Positions 36,201 through 46,800 of a stretch of 64,000 nt of DNA are shown here, piece after piece. The notes under the pieces were generated by a model, which was given only the letters and a program-made list of their open reading frames with translations, had not been told where the DNA came from and searched no databases. The position numbers and the translations under genes were made by a program. Positions within the stretch are counted from its first letter, which is position 1, and every line of letters starts with the position of its first letter. The stretch is taken from NCBI RefSeq assembly GCF_964355755.1, contig NC_092677.1, forward strand, positions 1,696,101-1,760,100, given 5' to 3'. The DNA comes from Antedon mediterranea. Taxonomy: Eukaryota > Animalia > Echinodermata.

Positions 36201-39200
36201 TAGAAACGCAACGCAACGAGTTGACGAATGACAAGCGACAGTTCGTCGAAACCATCACTTAAGCTTGGTTCCCACTAAAACGTACCGTAACGCAATAGAC
36301 CGGGCGCCCGGAAGATTTATTCATGTGAAAAGATACAAAAGGTTTGATGATGTAGTTAGGTGCGTATTAGGGCGAGATGCAATATTCGACATTGCTGCCG
36401 GGTCACAGCCTGTACATAGGGCCTGTGGGGATCATAACATAGGGGGGTAAAAATGAATTTATTTATGTGAAGCGATACAAGGATAAACTTTTTTGGATAT
36501 CATTCGCAGTGGGCTACTACTTAAAATTGTTACTGTACTAACATTATACAGTGATATCTGATAAAAGGCAACATTAATAATACTGGACAAAATTAAATAT
36601 CATTACTTATCCACAATGGATCGACTACTGTATTGATTATTGCACATTATTTTTCTCTAACTGAACCCAGGTCAAATATTTTACATGCAGTGTAACTACC
36701 GACACACTGTAAAAGCACAATTGAGCAAAGACATCGAGGTTACTGGCTGTATTAAATAACTGAATATTGTACATTCATCATATTCCATTGTTACTAGCTA
36801 TAAATGACGTTGTCACAAATCATGTAAAAAGAAATCCAATAGCCCCTATTGGTTTTATTATATCGTGCATTCTGTTCAGCTAGTAATGGAATATGAGGAA
36901 TGTACAATATTTAGTAATTTAATGCATACAGCCAGTAACCTCGATGTCTTTGCTCAATTGTGCTTTTACAGTGTGTTGGTAGTTACACTGAATGTAAAAT
37001 ATTCGACCTGGGTTCAGTTAGAGATAAGTAACGATATTTAATTTGGTCCAGTGTTATTAGTGTAACAATTTTAAATTTGACTTGGGCAGTTATAGTAAAA
37101 TAATGTGCAATAATTGATACAGTAGTCGATCCATTATGTATAAGTAACGATATTTAATTTGGTCCTGAGTATGTTGCAGATATCACTGTCTAATGTTAGT
37201 ACAGTAACAATTTTAAATTTGACTTGGGCAGTTATAGTAAAATAATGTGCAGTAATCAATACAGTAGTCGATCCATTATGATAAGTAACGATATTTAATT
37301 CGATTCAGTTTGTTGCGTTTTATCAGATATTACTTTCTTATGTTAGTTGTAAAATACTGTCCAATAATCAATACAGTAGTTGATCCATTGTGGATAAGTA
37401 ACGATGTTTAAAATGTTGGCAGATTAAGTTTTTTGTTGGTTTTTATCAGTCTAATTCACATGAAAACGGTTACTTTTTTAAATTTAAATTGAGTTAAAAA
37501 TACAGTAATAGTGTGCAATCGATAGTCTAATCTATACCTTACCAATTCTCTAAGTGATTATGTTGAATTCGAACTATTATTTACTTTACTATTATGTTAT
37601 GTTATGTTAAAAAATGTTGCAAATTTAAATTTCGCTGCCTTCTTTCATATAGACATATCACTATAGTGTCTAGTGTGTAATTAAAACAATATTTAAATCG
37701 AGTTATAATAATAATGTACAATAATAGGTACCGGTGTCGATCATTATGAGTGTAATTATTTAGTTTATCTGAAAAATATTCTTAAATTATATTATTTTGA
37801 TCGAAATAATGATTTTGATATAAAATTGATTGTTCAAAATGTTACCCTAAAATACAAATCTGCTGTTGGTTATTTTAAGTGTTTTTGTTGGTGTTATTTA
37901 TTATTCAAAAATAAAGATATATTTTAATTATAAAATAAAAGTCACTCGTTATCGTGAATGCGTTTGTATTATCGACATTGTTGATCACGAATGGAGCCTC
38001 GGGCATTTGAGCTGCTGTGTACCGGATAACGTGAAAAAAACAACATTTAAAAAAAAAATGATTCATACTTCATGGATAAACCCATTTTGGGCCAGTTCCT
38101 AAGAGTTTGATGTTTGATGATTTGGTACAGCAAACAACTGCTCTCTTTATTTATTGTTTTATCATTCTACTGTGTATTTATTGTCAGTCCGAGTCCGTAT
38201 CACGTATTTCTAACTCAGCTGAACGCCATAAGACGACATACGCGCCGAGTATATAGCCGAATAGGGGGAAACTGTGGACCTTTAGGGCTGCTGTCTGAGC
38301 TTATGTACAGGATAAAGTTGCTGTCATTGGTGTTTTTGTCATCCCCAATATGTACTGCTGCCATTACAAAAAGATTCAACCTTGTATCGCTTCACATGAA
38401 TAAACCCATTTGGGCGTGGCCCTAAAATGTTGCTGTTTGGCGCCCCGTACAGGATAAAGTTGCTGTCATTGGTGATGTTATCATTAGTAGCCCACTGCGA
38501 ATGATATCCAAAAAAGTTTATCCTTGTATCACTTCACATGAATAAATGCATTTTTACCCCCCTATGTTATGATCCCCACAGCCCTATGTACAGGCTGTGA
38601 CCCGGCAGCAATGTCGAATATTGCATCTCACCCTAATACGCACCTAACTACATCATCAAACCTTTTGTATCTTTTCACATGAATAAATCTTTCGGGCGCC
38701 CGGTCTACAAGGACGTCAACGCAACGCAAGCGTTTTAACCAATGACAAGCGAAGTTATAGACAGTTAGCAAACGCAAGCGAATACGCCATCGCTTGTGAT
38801 TGGTCAATTCACTTGCGTTGCGTTACGTCCTTGCGTTGCGTCGCTAGTGGGAACCACGCTTTATGTTGCCCTTACGTCCTTGCGTGGCGTCTTTGGTGGG
38901 TACCAAACATTGGTGGGAAAGCAAGATATATATTTTTATTCGGTCTTACCTGGGGCATGTATCCTACCATTGGTCCTGGTATACCATGTCCTTTTGAAAG
39001 TGGAGGCTTTCCGCATGTGATGATGGTTCCTTTCTCGAAAGACAACCTCCCAAGGCAACACCTAAGCAATGTTGTCTTACCACACCCACTCGAACCAAGC
39101 AGTCCATATCTAAAACAAACCATATAAAACAAGTGATCGATAACCAATAGTCTGTCGAACCAAGCAGTCCATATCTAAAACCAATCATATATAAAACAAG

Positions 39201-40388
39201 TGATCGATAATCATTGTCTGTTGAACCAAGCAGGCCATATCTAAAATCATATAAAACAAGTGATCGATAACCAATAGCCTGTCGAACAAAGCAGTCCATA
39301 TCTAAAATCATATAAAACAAGTGATCGATAACCAATAGTCTGTCGAACCAAGCAGTACATATCTCAAATCATATAAAACAAGCGATTGATAACCATTGCC
39401 GTTGTTATCAGTAATTATTTATTTGATTTCAAAGAACAGTACAATATTATACATTACCAATGGTATCTTATCACATCCTTCTTCTAAGTTCTAATACTAA
39501 CAACGGATTAATAAGCTATACAATATGAAGTGGTTTGGAGAGGCAAATTGTAAATACCGGTTATCGGTTTAGAGACAACAACGTTTTTCTCAACTTTAAT
39601 TCAAAGGTAACTTGGTCCTGGGTCAGAAATCTGAGACTATAAAGTTTTCGGGCCCAATTGGTACAACAACAGTGTAGGGAATTATTTCAAACTTTAGTCT
39701 GGTATTGGTCGTAAACCAGATGATTGTTGAAAAGTATTTCTTATTTTGTCAAGCGTTTGAAAAATATTCATCACACCAAAAAAATAAAACAAGTAAGGGT
39801 ACTTACTCCGGTAAATTACATATAGAGAGCCTAGAGTTTCAAGAAAAATAAAATGTTTCTCTTTGGAAATAAAACGGGTGCGCGCGCAAGTTCTTCCTGG
39901 CTTACAAGTTTGATTATGGGTGACCCTAAGTAAGATTATGTTAATATTTCGGAGTGAACTCTGACCCTCAAACTCTTACATGCTCCCTTGAGGAACCTGC
40001 ATTTTGATTCCTTTTAAGACATCTAGCCTCCCTCTTCCAGACCCGTAATGTTGATAGACATTTTTTACAACGATAGCTGATAGTGTTGACTGAATTGGTG
40101 TTCTCACCTAGAGAATAGAAATAACAACAATAATAAAACAAAACGTAGAAGTGCATACTTATAGTAATTCATGGCTAATAAATAAAGATAGGGAGAGCTA
40201 TTTTGTATAACCACTAAAATTCTTATTTTGATTTGACCAATTTTAATCAACTATGAATGACAGCCTACTTCTAATGTAAAGCCAATAGTAGATAAAATAA
40301 TACAATAGCGGATCTCCACAAATTTTATAATTATAGCCAAATATTTTATACTTACACGATTGGAGAACGAACTTGTTTTCTCGGCCAT
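29419..40388 (-). CDS. ABC transporter, subfamily H (NBD-TMD half transporter; often auto-annotated as ABCG20/23-like)
   Basis: About 21 GT-AG exons from ATG 40388 ([11 protein letters not shown]) to the stop at 29419. Walker [14 protein letters not shown] (exon 38950-39109), Q-loop GYMPQ-ETALY, signature [12 protein letters not shown], Walker [14 protein letters not shown] and H-loop ITTHYIEEA. The TMD contains [22 protein letters not shown] and SGIIWPLEG, all typical of ABCH. Confidence 0.9.
33167..33208. repeat. (TCA)n/(TCG)n microsatellite
   Basis: Direct reading. Confidence 0.9.
36261..38860. mobile_element. Second Harbinger-like MITE family (AGCTTGGTTCCCACTA TIR), split by the Academ-like element
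   Basis: Left arm AAGCTTGGTTCCCACTAAAACG at 36261 and right arm CTAGTGGGAACCACGCTT at about 38844-38861, with ACGCA repeats. Related copies lie at about 28985-29113, 36070-36250 and 58482-58560. Confidence 0.7.
36296..38707. mobile_element. Long-TIR non-autonomous transposon with TAG...CTA ends and 3-bp TSD (Academ-like)
   Basis: Near-perfect TIRs of about 220 bp (TAGACCGGGCGCCCGGAAGATTTATTCATGTG... / ...CACATGAATAAATCTTTCGGGCGCCCGGTCTA), with CAA at 36293-36295 and 38708-38710. Confidence 0.8.
39090..39395. repeat. 61-66 bp tandem repeat (5 units) containing the ABCH exon-3 acceptor
   Basis: Unit GTCGAACCAAGCAGTCCATATCTAAAATCATATAAAACAAGTGATCGATAACCAATAGTCT. Confidence 0.93.
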
Positions 40389-42160
40389 AATCACAACATT
40401 TACCTTAAAAAGTTACGACGCAAATTGAATTATCTGTTTAATATCATAGAAATCAATTAAACAATATCAGCTTCTTATCGCAACACACCCCTTAATAGAT
40501 AAACTTGATTGGTTCATTTTTCTGTTAAACGAATTTCATTGGTCAGGCAATGTTAAGTACGCAGACTTAACATAGACTTTGGAATTGTTGTTATACCTTG
40601 TAAAGCAGGGTATTATGAAGATGCAGTATTATATTTAATCCACGCTACTCACTCACGTGCATATTACAGAATACTAGGCATAAACAATACAGTATATGTT
40701 GTATTTTGGAATCTTAGAATCTATAGATCAGAATTCTATTAAAATTGTAACAGTCATGAAACGGATGGGTGGGGTATATTAGATTTGGGAAAACCGTTAA
40801 AAATTGATTTAACAATACAGTATACTGTATTAGTTTCGATTTTATAGTTTACAAATTGTCGTTATTTAATTTTTAAATTGCAAACATCTCTTGATGAAGA
40901 CGAATACAGGTTCGTGTATCTGTGTTCCAACGCATCGGGGTTAACTTTTCATGACGTATTTTGATGACGCATTTTCCGTTTACAATCGTGTGCACGATTG
41001 TGTACTAGAATGAGTTAACTAAAATATACGACTTCCTGTTTCGTTTTATTGGACTGAAGCCAGTATGATTCGAATGATCCAAGCTTTAAAAAGGATCAAA
41101 AACACAACTGGTTTCAGGGCCTCGTGATTTTAAACGTACACAATGATACAATCGAATTGTACACAACATCCGTACACAAACTCAGAAATTACAATAAAAA
41201 TTTAGATTCTTGCAAACAAAATGTCAAGAATGCTCAAGTCAAATGCAATTGTTATTGTATTCCACTCGACCTGGCAGGAATAGTAAAGTTATTTGAAGTA
41301 TGATCTTGAATAAAAGTTTATATGGTGGAATATGAACAGTATTTTCAACAAATTCGTGCGTCGGGTGACGTAAGACTCAAACTGTGACGTGCGCGTTCTA
41401 AAACACTGATTTAATGCCATGACTTGATACACTGACGCTATGCTGACTTCATAATAAAAGTTTTTACCACATAATGCGCAAAATACACGACCTAAACATT
41501 TTTAGAACTTGTGAGCACTAGAGTGAGATCACAACTCTAATGTTGTGACTAATTTATACCTGTGTAAGAATTTCCCTTTTCACAACAAACACAGTGTGTT
41601 GTTTTACTAGCCTACGGTAACTATATCAATATAATATTGTTCAACCTACCCCTTCAAATTGCTTCGTGAGGGACTCGAATGCACCCGTACGCGGCTGATG
41701 CAGTGGGCCTGGGTATCAAGTTCAAATAGATAAAGCGGAGGCTTATTTTTAAATCAAGTAAGGTCCCGTGATTTTGATCAACAGAATTTGCACAGATTAG
41801 GATAACAATACTCGAGTGAAAGCATACAAAGATGTTTGTACTGTCATACACTTATAGTTGGCATACTATTATACATGAATATGAATATATTAAATTACTA
41901 AATGTGGTGGGGATGGTACTTTCGATTGAGGCGTGGGGATGTAAGGGATTGTATATTTTTGAAAATGAATGGATTATGGAAAGGAATGAAAATGGACTTA
42001 AATAAATGAAATAATTCAGATTTCGGATAATTTTTTTAAAGTAGAAAGTGACAAAAATATTAAAATGTATTACTTAAAATAATTTAAAATATATTTTGTT
42101 GTCACTTTTTACTTTTCATTATAACATGAGGGCTCACTTTTGTTTGGGTACATGACCCCT

Positions 42161-42212
42161 TCAAATTCAAATTCAAATTCAAATTCAAAATTCAAATTCA
42201 AATTCAAAATTC
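42161..42212. repeat. (TCAAAT)n microsatellite
   Basis: Direct reading. It accounts for the start of the spurious ORF 42140-42493. Confidence 0.9.
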
Positions 42213-43805
42213 TTTATCCAAAACCAAACAAAAAGAAAGAGAAAATGAAAACGCGACACTTTGATATTCTTTTCTCTAGAAAGAGAATTAATGCAGATGA
42301 ACACATGCGTACTATAAATTTTGCATACATTATGTTTAACCAATCATTGTTTGGTATTGTGGCGCGTGAAATAAAATGTCTATTCCTGTTAAATTCATTT
42401 TGTCCACCAAGTTCGCGGTGGAAGTTTGTTGTCGTTTTGTTTATGAAATTAAGACTATGGAAAATTGGACCAAGACGACTTTCAGCTAATTAAGTAAGTG
42501 CGTTTAGAAAGAAATTATGAAACTGTCGAAAAATAAACCGAATTTCAATGTTATTTAGATGCATTAAGTGTAGGCCTAGTTAAGGTATTTTTCTTGAATC
42601 TTAAACTCCATATAATAGATTGTTGTCACATCCAGACAGTGTAAACAGTGTGATCCTCCTACCGCCGGTCAACCTGCCAACCGGGCTAATTCTTCCTTCG
42701 ATAGTTAGGACGTCTGTAAACAAAAACACAGGGAAATATTTCGTTCTCTTGCATTACTCGGTTACAAAGTTCTATTGAATTGTTACGGTATAAACGTGAG
42801 ATTGGTCTTTGTAGCGGATTAATTAGCAACTTTCAAATTCACTATTTCTTTAAAGGCCAGGTGCGGGCAAAACAATTCATTCAAATAATATTCTAAATGT
42901 TTTGAAGAATTGTTTTGTGCTACACGATTTTGTAAAAAACCTATCAGTGGTGGGATAATTACTCAATAAATTCCCTATTCTTTTCTTTTTCTATATAGTT
43001 TATATCTATTAACATATTTTGTCAATCAACTCATTTGTATCCGAGTAGGCCTATCCAGTTTGGGGTGTATTCTCTCAGTTTCAAATTTATAATTTATATA
43101 AAATAAACATCACTCAAAGTATTCATACTAGATACAATTTTTTATTTTTTTTTTACATTCTGTTATTTTTATGATTGTTTAATAAATTATAATTTACTAG
43201 ATCTCAAATCTAGGTACATTATTTACGGTGTATTGATTGGCTGAGTGTTGATACATACGTAATGAGAAAATCCTGCAATAGGTTACTGAGCAACGCTGAC
43301 GTCACAATGATGCTCCGTATTCACTTACAGGGGGCAGACATGTTGGAGTTTGGACTCGGTCGCCGGTGTGTTTTATTCCGGTAGAAAAATTGAAATCCAA
43401 GGCGTTGATTGGTTTACTTGTCTTTACTTTGCCGCGACCGCTATATTGCGGCACTCTACACCGCCGTCGCGGAAGAATAAAACTTGTGTGAAATCGTTGA
43501 TTGCAACAAAATATAAATAGGACTGAAGTGTTTTTACTGAAAATAACAAGTGTCCGAAAGGTTTCTATTGCAGTTTGTTGTGGAATTTAATATTATAATT
43601 ATACTGGAACAAATAGTACGATTTTAATTGAGTTTTAGAGTATATATAATAGCAATTTTGCCGACGATGACGTAGACCATCGGTCTTTGCTACTCTTGAG
43701 CTAAGCACCAACGAACGGGACTCAAGCCCCGTATCAATGGGTTATTTATCGAAAACAACGGGGTGGCCTAGGCCTACAAAGCCTGGTACTAGTGACAAGC
43801 TTGTC

Positions 43806-46800
43806 ATGAACCCAGTGTACAGTGGAAGACTGCTTTACTCTTTTGTTTTTATATTGTTGTATATCACCACAGGTAATATTTTTTTTTAATCTAAAAATGC
43901 ATATTTAATAATTTATAATTTGGTATAAAATAAGATTACTCGACACTGTCAACCGTCTCTGTATTTTAAAAAGTATGGCACAGTCGGAGGGGGAAATTAC
44001 TATTTTCTATCCGCATAATAATTGATAGTCTGATGAGGAGGCACTGTGATATCAGCACAGTCGACTGTCCATCAAATTCATGGTTTCCTCTCGGCACGGA
44101 GCAACCATGCACATTATGTACTTGTCAATTGTATGACCCCCGGGAGATGTGCGTCAAAAAACCTATATGGTATGTCACATTAATGATCAATGGTGGGTCA
44201 ATGTCCGTCACTTTACCACCCAATAACATGGTCACAGTGCATCAAAATGGGTGCGTCATGGTCACCTAAAGTTAAGTCAAATTGTTGATGCACAGGAGCA
44301 TCATGGTATTCATAAGGTATGACGCACATCGTTAAATGACGCACCTCTCCCGGGGTCGTATAGTTGGTCATACAATTGACAATGTACATTATTATCAACT
44401 GTCTTTAGTACAGAAATCTTGTTGCACTGTTTACCATGTTTGTAGTGTAGTACTATAAATTGCAGTTTCAATCATTTTAGCACTCTAAACCTTGGGAATC
44501 CAAATGGATTAATTTTTTTTTTTAATTTTACTATTTTAAGCTAAACTTTTATAATGTTTCTATACTGTATAGTATTTCTGGTGTCAATTGCATCCTTTTT
44601 TATATATAATTACCATTGGTTTTATACAAATTTTAGTATTGAGAATATGTAAATATCTTTGTAATTCAGCTAAGGCTGCAAAGACGATATTGAAATAAAT
44701 GAAATTAAATGAAAAATGTTACAACTAAACTAACGTTAAAGTTCCAATCGAATATATGCCAATTATCAAGTTAAAGCAAGGTATAATATTTATATCTCAC
44801 TGGTACTTTCGTCAAAGAGGAATACGCTCTGCCCCAGTCAATAAATAATTTTGGCGAGAGTTGGAAAAAAGACCCTAAGATATCCTTCAATGTTTTATGT
44901 TCTGATATTTTCTTCTAGCTTCTGATATTGGAGCAAATGCGTTAACGTGTAACTGTACTGAAGATTGTGTTTCCAACTGTACGTCAGGATATTATTATGA
45001 TTCGGGGGTATGCCAAGTCTGCCCTCCAGGCTACTAGTAAGTAATGTACTTATTTTTAGGCAAAATAAATCGAAATTGGTAGCTTCACATCCCATCAAAA
45101 TGTGAAGCCTTATTATACTGTAATAAATACTAGTAAGTAAATCAATTTTTAAAATAAATTATAAAATGTCAAAAAAAAAATTAATGTGAGGAATAACTGA
45201 TGTTTCAATCTTTTAAAATAAAAGCTAGAGGGACGATGCGAAACTAATTATTTTGTTCTATTTAGCTATAATAGTGCAGATTGCATTCATTTAGATCTCA
45301 GGTTCACTGGTATCTTGTACTGTACCAGGTTACTGTAAAGTTGGTGACGCTGACAATGAAAATTCCAAAAGACAAATTACTGGAAAAATGACAATGCTAT
45401 GTGTATCAATGGCGGGATCTCAATGGAGATACAAAATAAAATAAGCACTGAAAACATAGCAATGCTGTGTGTATCAATGGCGGGATCTCAATGGAGATAC
45501 AAAATAAAATAAGCACTGAAAACATAGCAATGCTGTGTGTATCAATGGCTGGATCTCAATGGAGATACAAAATAAAATAAGCACTGAAAACATAGCAATG
45601 CTGTGTGTATCAGTGGCTGAGTCTCAATGGAGATACAAAATAAAATAAGCACTGAAAAATGATAATGCTGTGTGTATCAGTGGCTGGATCTCAATGGAGA
45701 TACAAAAAGCCAAATCAAAATGATAAGGTAAACCAGCCAAAAAGAAATGTCTTTTGGGTAACACAAACACAAACCCTTTCTCAGTGCAACATTTATTATA
45801 ACGTTAGAAACATCAAAGAAATGTTTAAATGGTGGCAATTGTTTTGTTTTTATCTTCCTGATGTTATAAATGTTTAAATGGTGGTAATATTTACTATGTC
45901 AATTGTTTTGTTTTTATCTTCCTGATGTTATAATCCTTGTTAAACAAGGAATCATTCTCAAGTGTCAATGACCTTCTGTCTTATTGTCTCATTTTGTCCT
46001 TCTAATAGCCAATCAATTCCCATACCATTGTCTATGCTATAGCATATATTGATCACAAATGTAACCTCCCTCACAGTATAAACTGTTTGACACATACACA
46101 GTAACACATACAGTAGTTTGAACTTGGTAATATAGTATATGTATATGTATTACTACTAATGTTTCATTCCTCACCTCTTGTATACGGTACCTAATTTCGG
46201 TTATCTTGATAAAAAGTTTTAGTAGATTTTGCAAATCATAAAACCATTATTTTTAATGTGCGTACTAGTTTCTAAACATGCGCAAAATGATTTTATGTCT
46301 TGAAAGTTGTGTTTATTGCTTGGCACCACCGCTTCATGAAACAAAAGGCCACCAGTGGCGTTTTGTAGAAAATTTGCCAGGAAGGCTTCCATTGGTCTGA
46401 ATTATAAATTTTTCTAAATTTTTGGATAAGTTATATTAATTTTCCATAGTTTGTAATTTCTCAATTACTACGAAAATGTGGCCCACTTATGGATGTTATG
46501 AGTACTTGGAAAGAGTTTATCATTCATAGTCTGAAAACCATGCATGTTTCAAGTTTTAAACTAGCCATTATTCATATTTCATTATAATTTTTGAAGATAA
46601 ATCATAATCGCCATAAATCTTGTTAACATTATATCATAGTTTAATCGTAAAAGATTCCTTGTACACCATAAACAAGTTATTATAATCCAACAAAAAACAT
46701 TAAAATGTATTGATAATATTTGCCTGTTCAATATTGAATCTCAAAATATAAATATATCCTGTCTGAAAATGCATTTACATTTCATTTAAACTAACAATAC

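Noticed and set aside
37866-38425. ORFs inside the Academ-like element
   Set aside because: There is no recognisable domain and the composition is typical of AT-rich non-coding DNA.
45393-45707. CRISPR-like 68-bp periodic repeat and ORF 45659-45877
   Set aside because: The whole unit repeats with no variable spacer, and the ORF is a by-product of the repeat.
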